DNA from: Callorhinchus milii | Lineage: Eukaryota | Length of the DNA: 64,000 nt | Assembly (NCBI RefSeq): GCF_018977255.1 | Contig: NW_024704742.1 | Coordinates: 135,038,001-135,102,000, forward strand | Direction: 5' to 3' | Part shown: in pieces, positions 40,491-52,835 of the stretch | How the letters are laid out: each line of letters begins with the position of its first letter | Numbering within the stretch: position 1 is the first letter of the stretch | Translations under genes and position numbers: made by a program | The notes under the pieces: generated by a model | Seen by the model: only the letters and a program-made list of their open reading frames with translations | Databases searched by the model: none | Told to the model about the DNA's origin: nothing

Positions 40491-42013
40491 GTACTGGAAA
40501 GTTCTGACTTAAGTGTCGGGTACTGCCTGACCACTGTACACCAGTGCATTGCAAAGCACCTGCACAGTACAGCCACATCATGCATTCAGTGAAACGGCAA
40601 TACTTATATACGGCAGCTTTCCCTTAAAATATTTATCTAATTCTGTTTTAAGTATTGTGATGACCTTAGCTTCAATAGCCACTCGTGTCAAAGCAATGCA
40701 TACTCTGATGACTCTGTGCATGAAAAAAAAATGTAACTTCCGCTTAACTCTTCCAAAGACAAGCCCCAGTTTATGCTCCCTTATTATGGGTTTGCGAGCC
40801 TGCGGGAATAATCTCACATCATTTATCCTCTTGCCAACTGGTACTGTTGCTCCAGATCAAAGCCAATTGGGAATTCAGCCTCCAGTACGCTACGCACTTA
40901 GTAATCTTGTAAGAGACTTAATTTTGATAAATTAGTAGAAACTGACTCAAGAACAGTGCTGGCAAGCGTTATCTTGGGCTACGGACTGCTAAATTGTCTG
41001 TAAAATTACTCAATTAGGTTCACCCTGCAACGCTGCTCTGACCAGTTCATCACAATCCTAAATCAAAGGTTTAAAAATAAACCACACTGATTGTGATACA
41101 CTGCTGTGCGCAATTGGCTATCGCATTTCGCCCACAAAATATACAGTCAATTCACTTTACAGTATATTCTGTGAAGCGCTTTGAGATGTCTCGAAGATCT
41201 GATAAGGTGCTATATCAAATGCAAGGATCATTATCATCATTATTATTAAAGCATGCAAGAATCTTAAAATCCCTTCCCAACCCTGTGAATCTTTCAGTAC
41301 TATACTTCATCAATTCATCCTGGAACCAACCCACTTCCAAAAAAAAACCTTATCCCTTCAAGGAAGTCAAAGCTTGACCTTTTACTCAGTCTGTTCTTTG
41401 ATATTCAGAGCCACGCTCCATTCATACACCATGGTTCTGCAAAATTTATATTTTTACATCATGCACACTGAAGATGTCAGCACAGGTTAATAGTATTTTT
41501 AATTCCTTGCACTGGAACATATATGGGCATGAAATATTTAAGCAGATACATATCTTAAGCTGGATCGAGTGCAAATAATGACAAACTCCACATTGGTTGA
41601 TGACGCCGCTTAAGCTATGGAGGCCGACACTGGCTGAAATTAGTGGGTAATTTCCCCGCTCACATCTCCTCTGTATAAACACTTACAAGCTCAATTGTGA
41701 TAAAAATGATTTGGATGACAAATGGCTCGGGGCATTTTCAGAAGCTGCAGGATAGATTACAGAAGCCCTCCTTAGTCATTGTGCGTCCACCTGGCTATGC
41801 TAGATCAATAGGTATTAGTTTGGGAGAAGAGAGAGAAAAAGCACAGACCTGCACGTCTTTAAAGGCGAAAGGAAGAGTTAAAAAGCTAACGACAGATCTC
41901 AGCTCTCAGGACTCAAAAAACGTTTCCCCAATTTTTAAGCAAAATATCTTTGATTGAAGTTATTGTTGAAAACAAACTAGTTTGCCTACAAAATACTGTT
42001 GTTAAACTTAGCA

Positions 42014-42209
42014 GCAACAACAAATTACATTTGTACAGCACCTTTCACGATGAGAAGGCAACCCAAAGTGCTGGAGGTTCAAGGGATTTGGCCAGGCAGA
42101 GGGTTGGGATCAGGAGGGGTGGAGAACAGGGAGGGTAGGGGCGGGAGGTTGGCCGAAGGGCCGGTCAGAGAGGAGGGTCTTGAAATGTGCCTTGGAGGAG
42201 GCAAGGGAG
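42014..42209 (-). mobile_element. Old L2 3' end
   Basis: (caa)n tail, stem-loop remnant and C-terminal coding remnant. Confidence 0.65.
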
Positions 42210-42369
42210 TACATCTTTCACTCACAAAATATATATTTAATTCACTTTACAGTATATTCTGTGAAGCGCTTTGAGATGTCTCGACGACGTGATAAGGCGC
42301 TATATCAAATGGAAGGATTATTATTGTGACTCGTTTTGAGACATCGTCCGAACGTGAAATGTTATGTTG

Positions 42370-42738
42370 AATGCTGTATATATATTGTCTGATACATATC
42401 ATATCTTCAAAATATCGCAAAGAGCTTCACAGAATACACCGTAAAGTGAACTGACTATATTTTGTGGGTGACATGTGGCAGCCAATTACACAAGTAGTGT
42501 CCCACAAACAGTAGCGGACTGAAGTGACCAATTTATTATTATTATTTATTTTGAAGGAATTATTACTCCCGGAAAAGCGATCCACCAATGGACTAACAAC
42601 CAGGTTCCTACTTACTGCTAGGTAAACAGAGGCGTGTGGAGCAAGGAAACTTGCTCAACATTTCGCTCTGCCAGGAATCAAATCCAGGTCTCCCGCTTGC
42701 GAGGTGAGTGCTCTAATCACTGAGCTACAGGGCTCCAC
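42370..42738 (-). mobile_element. tRNA-derived SINE (long variant)
   Basis: Same modular structure with a complete head. Confidence 0.85.
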
Positions 42739-44234
42739 ATATCAAATGGAGCTACTATTTATTTTTATATCAAGTACTTGATGGCCGCAGAATAAATCAC
42801 TTATTTATCAGCACAATGCTCTCTTTGGGAAATTAGTAACAAAACTGTATAAATTGAGGTTTAACATCAGACAAATAGAAGCTGTGAGGGGGAAGGAATG
42901 TCAGAGGATTTTTGTTTTACTGGGTATCGTTGAATGCTTCACCACAAATCGCTGTTGAAGTCAACTCCATGATAGGATTTGAAAAAGAACTGAACAAATA
43001 TTTGAGAAAAATATTAAGCGGTACAGGGAAAGATGCAGAGAAATAGGAATAGAGAGCTCCAATGGGGAGCCAGGACCAGAATAAACAGAACAGGTCAAAC
43101 AGTCTCATTCTGTGATGTAAACTTTGTATGATTCAAGAGCTCTGAGACACTACCTACATAAAGAGTGCTATATAAATCCAAGTTGTTGTTGCTGATTCTG
43201 TAGAGCAAGAATCCCAGTTTTAGTTGAGGTGAAACCACGCTGCAAACATTTTTTACTGGTCAATTAACAACCCTCAGAATTGCAGGCATTTTCACTTTAT
43301 GGTTTGCTTGCAATCCATCTGAGAGGCAACATAAGTTCAGCGGAGGTCACAAGCATGTGTGTGCTTTTCAGGACAGTTTTATTTACTGTCTTCTCTTCTA
43401 TCTGCCTACCTGGTCAGCAATCCCACTGTCAGCCCTTTACCAAGTGATTGTTTTCCAATAATAATAATAATCTTTGCATTTGATATAGCACCTTATCATC
43501 ATTATTATTATTCTATCTTCAAGACCTCTCAAAGCGCTTCACACAAATATACTGTTGAGTGAATGGACTGTATACTTATGTAGGCAAATCATGGCAGCTA
43601 ATTGTACACAGCAGTGTCCCACAAACAGTCATAGATCCAAGCGCAAGGCTGGGCAGTGAGTGTTGGTGAGTTATTTTGATCACTGGAGGCATCCAAGCAG
43701 TGCCAATCTCATCTTCCTCTGACTTCTATACATATTTATATCAGAGATAAAGAGGGAGGAACCCAATTACGTTTAGCCCAACCATAGCAACCACCTCTCT
43801 GCATAGACTGCCTCCCTTGAAACAGAACAAGGTTTGAATTTAGCATCTCCTTAACTTAACAATATACTTTGTCAATTACCCATTGAACCACTAGATGAGG
43901 GAGTGCGAGAAAGGGAGAAGAGCCTAAGTGTGATATGCATCACTCACACATTTTGCTTTGGTACCTTCATGACGAAATATTTTTCAATAGCCAGAAGAGT
44001 TCAAAAAAAGGCAATCCTTATATTACTTGCATATTCGCCTTATGTCATTGGAACATCTCAAAGTGTTTCACAGGATTTTACTGTGAAGTGGAGTGACTGT
44101 GAATTTGTAAGCCAAATTATGTACAGTAATGTCATACAAACAGCCACAAACACCGAATAACCAAAGTTATCTTAGAGACTGTTGGCCAGAGAAACTCTCT
44201 TCTCTTTTCCAGTAATATAAAATAGTCACAAATA

Positions 44235-44500
44235 GATCAAATAGGAAAGTTAGAAGAAATTTCTTCACACAGAGAGTAGTGGCAATGTGGAACGTGTTGG
44301 GAAGTTGTTGAGGCAAATAGCATAGATGTATTTAAGGGAAAGCTCGATAGGTACATGAGGGAGAAAGGAATGGAAGGTTAGGCTTGAAGGCTTAGTTGAG
44401 GAAGGGCAGGAGGAGGCTCATGTGGAGCATAAACACTGGCATAGACCAGTTGGGACGAATGGCCTGTTTCTGTGCTATATATTCTAAGGTACTCTAATGT
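44235..44500 (+). mobile_element. CR1 3' fragment (different subfamily)
   Basis: ttcttcacacagagagtagtgg…tggaac…tttaagggaaagctcgataggtacatg…gaatggcctgtttctgtgct. Confidence 0.75.
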
Positions 44501-46347
44501 ATCATGGGATCTTTAACGTCTACCTGAACAGAAAGATGGGACCTCGATTTTTTAACGTCTCATCGAAGGAGGCCATTCGGTCCATTGTATCCGTGTCGTC
44601 TCTTTGAAAGAGCTACCAATTAGTCCCACAGCCCCGCTCTTTCCCCATAGTCTTGCAGATGTTTTTCTTTTCAAGTAAATATCCAATTCCCTTTTGAATT
44701 GAAGATAAGAAGCTGGCGCTATTGGAACACAATGCAAATACACAACTCAAATTCAGTTTATGATTTTACAATAAAAAAATTCGAACTTAAACGATGAAAC
44801 ACAAAGACGAAAGTTGAACCTACAAATCAGGAGGCAGCTCAATTTCTCCACAAGGAGCCAACATTGACAGGTAAATTGCGCTACTAAATAATCTGGGGAA
44901 CCATATTGAATCAAATATCATTTAAAACCCAGCTCATCCAACAAAGTCACTGCAAATAATTGTGAGAGCATTTAAAATTCAATAAACACTTAGATCCCTT
45001 CTTCTCCTCATTGCCTTAATTCACAATTACCGCACTTCACCCTGAAATATATCCCCATTTTGTAATATTCAGCTGCATCCCATTTCACGCTGTGTAAGAT
45101 ACACAAGTATGAGATGGCAAAGGGCCATTCAACCCATCCCTTCTACAGATCGTATGCAATTGGCCACATTATGGACAAACCAATCCAGAATCTCTCTCTC
45201 TCTCCCCCACACCCTTCTCTCACTCCTCTTGTTTTTCCCTCCCTTGATCTATTTCACCCACAGTTTTATCTGTTAGAAACCATCTTGACTTTCTCCCACA
45301 AAATACACAGTATATTCTGTGAAGTGATTTGAGACATCTCAACGATGTGATAAGGCGCTATATCAAATGCAGGATTATTAATGTATATATAGCTATTATA
45401 TTTGTATTTACATATCTATTATATATCTATCTTTGTCTTTCTCTCTGCATCTATTTGTGCTGCTCCACCTCTCTAGATTTATCAGTTTCACTCTCTGTCT
45501 AACTCCCATATGTCCCTCTGAGACTATCCCACTCTCGCTGTGAGTTTCCGTCTTCTCTCTCTCTCTAAGCATCTTTAATAAAAAACTCAAAAAATCTAAT
45601 AAATATAATAATAGTAGGTTGGTCACTCAATCCACAACTGTTTGTGAGTCGCTGATGTGCACAACTGGCTGCTACCTTTCACCCATAAAAGATACACTCA
45701 ATATACAGTATATTCTGTGAAGCGCTTTGGGAAGTCTCGAAGGCGTGATAAGGCGCTATATCAATACAAGGATTATTATTATTGTTATTATCTGCTGGTA
45801 AAACAATGGACAGATTTCAGTGTTTCACCCTCAAAATGTAAATGAATCATCTCAGTGTATTTTAAAAAATTCGGAATGGCCGTTCGTGCAACAAATTGTT
45901 GTAATTTTCAATCACTTTGGTTTCGTACCTATAGGAGTACGTAAAGAAGATTTCAACTGCGCCATACTAGCTCACTCAAAATAAATAATTCAATTGCAGG
46001 AAGGTGCCTCTAGTGCTCAAGGAGACTGAATATGTAAAATGCGACGACAAATAGAAGGTCTGCAGATTTACGACATCCAGCAAGTGTATTTTACTGACTC
46101 CAACTGCATTTTGCAGTGCACAAAATAAAGGTCATGATCTCGCTGTTCGTTAATTGACAACAAGTTAAAAACTTGCTGATTTTTGGTTTGGTTCCTACAT
46201 GAGAAGGTAAAGGAGACTTCAACTGTGCAGCACTGCCACTGCAGGAATTAATAATTTTTTAAAATAATAATAATTTTGTCACTCATTCTACGACTCTTTG
46301 TGGAATTTTGCTGTGCGCAATTAGCTGCCGGGTTTTGCCCACAAAAT

Positions 46348-49300
46348 AACAACAACAACAACAACAACAAGATTCCATTTATAGAGCGCCTTTCACGTCA
46401 GGAGGACGTCCCAAGGCGCTGCACAGTTGGGTCATGACCCGAGCAGGGGGGAAATGGTCAGGGTGAGGGAGGGAAGGGAGGGAGAGAGGAGGGGGGAAAT
46501 GGTCAGGGTGAGGGGAGGGAAGGGAGGGAGCGAGGAGGAGGAAGAGAGTCGAGAGGGGAGCTGAAGGCTCGGTCAAAGAGAAAGGTTTTGAGACCGGCCT
46601 TGAAGGAGGAAAGGGAGGAAGCAAGGCGAAGGCACTGGGGGATGGAGTTCCAGAGCCTCGGGGCTGAGAGGCTGAAGGCCCGACCACCGATAGTAGGGCG
46701 GTTGGGGCGGGGGACGTGGAGCAGACCGGAGCCAGAGGAACGGAGGGTACGGGCAGGTAGGTAGGGGGATAGTAGGTTGGAGAGGTAGGAGGGAGCAAGG
46801 CCGTGAATGGCCTTGTAGGTGAGGATGAGGATCTTGAAATCAATCCTCTGGGGGATGGGGAGCCAGTGGAGGCGAGCGAGGGTGGGAGTGATGTGGTCCC
46901 GAAGCCTGGTGCGGGACAGTACACGAGCTGCAGAGTTCTGAATGACCTGCAGCTTGTGGAGGGAGGTGGCGGGAAGGCCGGCGAGGAGAGAGTTCCCATA
47001 GTCCAGCCTTGAGGTGACAAAGGCGTGAACCAGGGTTTCAGCAGCGTGAGGGGTGAGGTAGTGCCGTAATCTGGCGATATTCCGGAGGTGATGGAAGGCG
47101 GTGCCAGTTGTGGTGCGGATGTGAGGGAGAAAGGACAGCTCAGGGTCGAACAAAACGCCGAGGTTCCTGACTGGCTTTGAGAGGTGGAGAGTGCAGCCTT
47201 GGATGCTGATGGTGTCAGCGCCTGAGGTGCGGAGGCGCTGACGTGAGCCAATCAGGAGGGCCTCGGTTTTTCGCACGTTGAGCTGAAGAAAGTTGTCTCT
47301 CGTCCAGGACTCGATGTCGGACAGGCAGGCTGTCAGGACATCGGTGGTCGTGGAGTTGAGAGTAGAGGAGGAAAGGTAGAGTTGGGTGTCATCCGCATAC
47401 ATGTGGAAGTTAACCCCATGTTTGCGGATGATGTCACCGAGGGGGAGCATATAGAGGGTGAAGAGGAGGGGACCGAGGACAGAGCCCTGAGGGACACCAC
47501 ATGAGACAGTACGGGGGGTGGAGGAGAAGCCATTCGTTGAGACGAAGTGAAGACGGTGGGAAAGGTAAGAGCTAAACCATTCAAGGACAGTGCCTTGAAG
47601 GTTGAGGTGGGAGGACAAGCGGTGGAGTAGGATAGCGTGGTCGACCGTATCGAATGCTGCCGATAGGTCGAGGAGGACGAGGAGACAGAGGGAGCCCTGG
47701 TCACAGATAGTCAGGATATCATTGGTGACCTTGACCAGGGCAGTTTCTGTGCTATGAGCAGCACGGAAACCTGACTGAAGGGGTTCAAAAAGAGAATGGG
47801 TGGAGAGGAAAGAGCGCAGTTGGGAGGCGACAACTCTTTCCAAGACCTTGGAGAGAAAGGGGAGGTTGGAGATGGGCCGGTAGCTTGATAGCTGCGACGC
47901 ATCAAGGGAGGGTTTTTTCAGGGTGGGCGTGATGATGGCAGTTTTTAATGGAATGGGGACAGAGCCAGAGGAGAGGGACAGGTTTATGATGTCAGTGATG
48001 TGTGGGGCAAGAAAATGGAGCTGGGAGATAAGGAGTGGAGTGGGGATGGGGTCAAGGGAGCAGGTGGTTGGTTTTAGGGATAGGATGAGTTCAGTGACAG
48101 AGGGTGGGGAAACGGGTACGAAGGTGTGTAGGGGAGGATGGGTAGGAGTCGGAGTGTGGGAGGGAAGGGGTGGGTGGTGGGTGGAAGTTGGAGGGGAAGT
48201 GACCGCGGAGCGGATTCCCTTGATCTTGGATTCAAGGAAATCCAGCATCTCCTCGCAGTGAAGGTTGGAGGAGATGACCTGCGCGGGGTGGCGGGGGGGA
48301 CGGAGGAGTCGGGATGTGGTGGAAAACAGTAGCCTGGGGTTGTTCTTCGCCTCCAGGATTATCCTGGAGTAGAAGGACGACTTGGCCGAGGCTAGAGTGG
48401 AGCGGTAAATTTTGAGGAGGTCCAGCCAGATTTGTCGGTGGACCGTTAGGCCAGATTTGACAAAGGTGCGCTCAGCAGCCCGCACCTGGCATTTCAGTGA
48501 GCGGAGGTGGGTGGTGTACCAGGGGGAGGAGCGGGAGTAGGAGACAGTGCGGGAAGTGATGGGGGCAAGAGTATCGAGTGTGGAGGAGAGGATATTGTGG
48601 AGGAGGGAGAGAGGAGAAGAGGGGTCGGTGAGGGTTGAAGGCCAGAGGGAGAGGAGTTCAGAGGACTCCAAGGCATCGGTTAGGGATTGTGGGGGTAACT
48701 TCTTCCAAGGGCGGTAGAAGATGGTGGTGGGTCTGGTGGAGGTGGGGAGGGGGGTGGAGGTGGTGAAGGAGATGAAGTAGTGGTCGGAGATGGCCTTGTC
48801 GGTAATAGTGACATCCGAGACACTGAGGCCCCGGGTGATCACCAAATCGAGTGGGTGGCCGTGACTGTGAGTGGGGGAGTTTATGTGTAGGGAAAGGTTG
48901 AGTGAGGAGAGCAGGGAAGAGAAGTCTGTGGAGATGGAGCAGGAGGGGGTGAAGTGTAGGTTAAAGTCGCCCAGGATGATGAGGCGATCAGAGGAGAGGC
49001 AAAGAGATGTGAGGAGTGTTGAAATGTCAGAGATGAAGGTGGGAGAGGTTTTAGGGGGCCGGTAGAGGAGGAGGATTTTAAGGGAGAGGAATGAGGGGTG
49101 GGAGAGGGTGAGGTGCTCGAAGGAGGGGAAAGAGCCAGAGGAGTAGGGGGATAGGGCAAGTGGTGTCCTTGAGATAAGGGCAACACCACCGCCACGGCGG
49201 TTGGGGCGGGGGATGTGGTGGGAGGTGTAGCCGGGTGGCGTGGCCTCCGTGAGGGGGAAGGTGTCGCCTGGGGTGAGCCACGTTTCTGTCAAGGCCATGA

Positions 49301-50092
49301 TATCAACGTTCTCATCAAGGATGAGATCGTTGATGACCAGGGCCTTGTTGCAGAGGGAGCGGACATTTTGCAGTCCGATGTGGAGGGAGCGGTTGACAGA
49401 AGGGTGTGTGGGAGGGGAGGGGGGTCCAGGTTGTGAGGCAGGGGTGGGGGAGATGGGGATGAGGGAGGAGAGGTTGACTCCCCGGGTCTGTGTCCGGGGT
49501 GGCTGGCGAGAGTGGTGGGGAATGGGGCAGTCGGTGTGGCTGCTGCTGGACAGCCAACGCCGAGTGCCGCGGTGAGCCCGGCGGAGGATTCCCAGGCTGG
49601 AGCAGAGGGAGGTTGTGGGAGGGTCAAGTGGGGATAGAAGACGAGAGGGACGGAGAGAGAGGAGGAGAGAGCGGGAGAGATGGAGAGGGGGGAGGGTTTG
49701 GGGGGAGAGAGGAGGGGGGCGGGAGGGAGGGGGTGAGGGGGCTCGGGTCAAAGCGGCAGCCATAGTGCGCACGCGGGGACCGGGAGCGAGCGGTCAGGTG
49801 GATGGCATTATCCCGCAGATTGGGGCATCGAACCCAACAGGACCATAGTGGGCTCTGATGTGAGCCCTGGGGGGGGGGGGGGGGGCAGAGGGTTTTTTTT
49901 TTTTTTTTTGTTTTTGTTTTTTTTGTGCGCGCGCACTCACCTGAAAACTAATCTATGACGTCGCAGTTCCCCCGCTCCCTCCCCTCCCCTCCCTCCCCTC
50001 CCTAGCTGCACTCGCTCCGGCGTCGAGTTTAAGTACCTGGGTCAGTAGGCCCAGGCTCCTCCCCGCGCTCTCCTGCTGCCGCTCCCCGACTC
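46348..50092 (-). mobile_element. Apparently full-length, young single-ORF L2-clade non-LTR retrotransposon (LINE)
   Basis: ~330-nt GC-rich 5' UTR, intact APE-RT ORF, 3' UTR with stem-loop AGCGCCTT-GGG-ACGTC-CTCCT-GACGT-GA-AAGGCGCT and (TTG)n tail. It splits a plus-strand SINE (…gcccacaaaat | tagtcaattcac…) with essentially no TSD. Confidence 0.93.
46503..49763 (-). CDS. L2 LINE ORF: apurinic-like endonuclease + reverse transcriptase, 1086 aa from the first ATG (the ORF track starts at an upstream GTG, 49772)
   Basis: APE motifs [52 protein letters not shown] motifs [64 protein letters not shown]2-type C-terminus LHWLPI..RIDFK. No internal stops or frameshifts. Confidence 0.95.
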   Translation of the reverse strand: MAAALTRAPSPPPSRPPPLSPQTLPPLHLSRSLLLSLRPSRLLSPLDPPTTSLCSSLGILRRAHRGTRRWLSSSSHTDCPIPHHSRQPPRTQTRGVNLSSLIPISPTPASQPGPPSPPTHPSVNRSLHIGLQNVRSLCNKALVINDLILDENVDIMALTETWLTPGDTFPLTEATPPGYTSHHIPRPNRRGGGVALISRTPLALSPYSSGSFPSFEHLTLSHPSFLSLKILLLYRPPKTSPTFISDISTLLTSLCLSSDRLIILGDFNLHFTPSCSISTDFSSLLSSLNLSLHINSPTHSHGHPLDLVITRGLSVSDVTITDKAISDHYFISFTTSTPLPTSTRPTTIFYRPWKKLPPQSLTDALESSELLSLWPSTLTDPSSPLSLLHNILSSTLDTLAPITSRTVSYSRSSPWYTTHLRSLKCQVRAAERTFVKSGLTVHRQIWLDLLKIYRSTLASAKSSFYSRIILEAKNNPRLLFSTTSRLLRPPRHPAQVISSNLHCEEMLDFLESKIKGIRSAVTSPPTSTHHPPLPSHTPTPTHPPLHTFVPVSPPSVTELILSLKPTTCSLDPIPTPLLISQLHFLAPHITDIINLSLSSGSVPIPLKTAIITPTLKKPSLDASQLSSYRPISNLPFLSKVLERVVASQLRSFLSTHSLFEPLQSGFRAAHSTETALVKVTNDILTICDQGSLCLLVLLDLSAAFDTVDHAILLHRLSSHLNLQGTVLEWFSSYLSHRLHFVSTNGFSSTPRTVSCGVPQGSVLGPLLFTLYMLPLGDIIRKHGVNFHMYADDTQLYLSSSTLNSTTTDVLTACLSDIESWTRDNFLQLNVRKTEALLIGSRQRLRTSGADTISIQGCTLHLSKPVRNLGVLFDPELSFLPHIRTTTGTAFHHLRNIARLRHYLTPHAAETLVHAFVTSRLDYGNSLLAGLPATSLHKLQVIQNSAARVLSRTRLRDHITPTLARLHWLPIPQRIDFKILILTYKAIHGLAPSYLSNLLSPYLPARTLRSSGSGLLHVPRPNRPTIGGRAFSLSAPRLWNSIPQCLRLASSLSSFKAGLKTFLFDRAFSSPLDSLPPPRSLPSLPSP

Positions 50093-50721
50093 TAGTCAAT
50101 TCACTTTACAGTATATTCTGTGAAGTGCTATTAGGCTTCAAAGTTGTGATAAGGTGCTATATCAAATGCAAGTATTATTATTATTTTCATTGACTAAATC
50201 CCAAACTGTGGATGGAATTCAACAAAGGATTTTTTTAATATATACACAAAATTATATAAAACATCTAGGAAATGATGGTTGTAATTTCTAACCAACAAAA
50301 AAGGATTGATCTGTATTCCTAAGGGGTGGTTGTAAATTATAACCAAAATGGATGGTAATATTGGACCTTTCTCCTAGTTGGAAAATTGCTCTGGATTATT
50401 GAATGTCCAAAATAAAATGATATGCTGTTTATTCCTCAGTGAAGCTCTTAGTCTTTGAACAATGCAACATCCACAGCTTCCAGATACTGCAATCTCTCCG
50501 GGCATCCTTTGAAGTCCTAAAAATCCATAAAAGAATGAACACGTGACTTGGATGAAAAATTCTGAAGTCTTGGGGTGGGGGGGAAACTTATCCAACCCAT
50601 AAACAGCTTAGGTTTTCTACATTCCCATTCAAAAAATAATACATAATAAGAATCCTTGCATTTAATATAGCACCTTTCATACCAGGAGGATGCCTCAAAC
50701 CTTTCATAGACTACAAGGTAA

Positions 50722-51598
50722 TGCTTCAGTGCTGGGCATCGTACCTCAGGAAAGATCTATTGGCCCGAGAGATGGAGCAGTGCAGATTCACAAGAATGAT
50801 CGCAGGCCTTAAAGGGTTAAACTATGAGGACATTGTGGATTTTTGTGGAGTCCTGTAGCTCAGTGTTTAGAGCACTCACTTTGCAAGTGAGAGACCTGAG
50901 TTCAATTCCAGGCAGAGGGCGAAACCTTGGGCAAGTTTCCTTACTCCACACAGAGCCTAATAATAATCCCTCCAAAACCAAAAACAATAATAAATTGGTC
51001 ATTTTCAATCTACGACTGTTTGTGGGACATTGCTGTGCGCAATTGGCTGCCACGTTCGCCCACAAATAAACAGTCAATTCACTTTACAGTGTGTTCTGTG
51101 AAGCGCTTTGGGACGTCCTCCTGACGTGAAAAACGCTATATCAAATGTAAGGATTATTATTATTATTATTATTATTGTTGTATAAACCTGGTCTGTATTC
51201 CCTTGAGTTCAGAAGGTTGAGGGGTGATCTAATTGAGGTTTTTAAAATAATAAAGGAATGTGACAGGGTAGCTATAGAGAAACTATTTCCTCTGGTGGGG
51301 GAATCCACAACAAGGGGGAATAATTTTAAAATTAGAGCTAGGCCATTTAGGAGTGGGAGCAGGAAGCATTTTTTTCATGCAAAACATAGTGGAAATCTGG
51401 AACTCTCTCCCCCAAAAGGCTGTGGATGCTGAGATCCATTCACATCTTCAAGACTGAGGTGGATAGATATTTGTTAGGTCAGTATATCAAGGGATATGGG
51501 CAAGACCGCCTAATTGGAGTTGAGATATAGATTAGCCATGATCCTACAGAATGGCAGAACAGGCTCGAGGGGCTGAATGGCCTACTTCTGTTCCTATC
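50722..51598 (+). mobile_element. CR1-clade LINE 3' fragment, split by a SINE
   Basis: Translates to GLYSLEFRRLRGDLIEVFKII…TTRG..FKIR…FF, typical of the CR1 ORF2 C-terminus; 3' end ggggctgaatggcctacttctgttcct. Confidence 0.88.
50845..51176 (+). mobile_element. Young tRNA-Ala-derived SINE inserted in a CR1 fragment
   Basis: Near identical to the reverse complement of 6353-6681; CR1 sequence continues on both sides. Confidence 0.92.
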
Positions 51599-51748
51599 TT
51601 GATATGACTGTGTATTTTGCAGCTGGAGATGATCTGCACAATTTATGCACAAGTGATTGAAAGGCAGGAGTAACATTTTTATGCTTTACAGAGGACTTAA
51701 AGTATTCTGATCTGGACTTTTGAAGAGCAAATGAATCTGCAACAAAAA

Positions 51749-52115
51749 TAATAATAATTCTTGAATTTGATATAGCCCCTTATCACGTCATTGAGACGTC
51801 TAAAAGCACATCACAGAGGATATAGTGCAAAGTGAATTGACTGTATATTTTGTGGTCCAAGCACAGCAGCCAATTGTGCACAGCAGTGTCCTACAGCAGT
51901 CGTGAATTGAGTGATCACATTATTATTATTTATTTATTTTGAAGGGCTTATTACTCCTGGAAAGTGATAAGCCAATCAACTAATAACCAGGTTCCTACTT
52001 ACTGCTAGGTAAACAGGAGTAAGGAAGCTTGCCTATGGTTTCATTCTGCCTGGGAATTGAGCTCAGGTCCTCTCGTTTGCGAGGTGAGTGCCCTGACCAA
52101 TATACTACAGGACCC
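51749..52115 (-). mobile_element. tRNA-derived SINE (long variant)
   Basis: Same modular structure as 19870-20208. Confidence 0.83.
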
Positions 52116-52439
52116 CACACAATCACCTTTTATGTAAATTGCAGAAACGCCAATCATCTAAGCAAATCGAGAATTCTGCTTTGTCAAAATAATAATCAAG
52201 ATATTACATTTTACACACACCGACTGTCACTGAGATCAGCCTGGCTCAGTTAGTTAGCATTGGTGCCTATAAGTCTGAAAGTTGTGGCTTCAAAACCCAT
52301 GTTGGGTCTTTGAGCTCTGTCTATATAAATTTGTACTCCAGTGCAGTACTAGAGGAGTTGCCGACCTAGGGAGAATATGTTAAACCAAAGCCCATTTACC
52401 TATTCAGGTGGAAGTTAAAAACTGATTTACAATATATTA

Positions 52440-52835
52440 TAATATAGTATTTGATATGTCACCTCATCACCACCTTGAGACGTCTCAAAGCACCTCTCAG
52501 AATTTTACTGTAAAGTACGGTGACTGTGTATTTGTTGGCAAACACAACAGACAATTTGCATACAACAATATCCAGCAAACAACTGTGATGTGAGAGACCA
52601 ATTTATTTGGGGGTTTGTTTGCGAGGACACTGGGAGAAACCCCCTTCTCTTTTCGAATAGTGACGTGGGATTTTTATCTTACACCTGAACGACATAAGTT
52701 TGACATCTCATTCAAAGGACGGCAGCTCCAGTAATACAGCACTTACACTTGTGTGTACAAGTTCCAACGTGGAACTTCGACCCACAAATTTCTGACTCCG
52801 AGCCAGGAATTCTACCAACTGAGCCAGGCTGACAC
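52440..52835 (-). mobile_element. Old Deu-domain SINE
   Basis: Reverse complement of the same head, body and tail. Confidence 0.7.

Noticed and set aside
46379..47251. 290-aa and 283-aa (6884-7735) Ser/Pro-rich alternative-frame ORFs, and other ORFs overlapping the L2 copies
   Set aside because: These are shadow frames of the C-rich L2 coding strand, with no recognisable domain or independent support.
49990..50092. Possible HDV-like ribozyme at the LINE 5' end
   Set aside because: I could not build the nested double-pseudoknot pairings by eye; only a simple hairpin is evident. A descriptor search would be needed.
50845..50920. tRNA-Ala-like sequences here and in many other places
   Set aside because: The acceptor stem does not pair properly, and these sequences typically run into a SINE body and tail. 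They are SINE heads, not tRNA genes.
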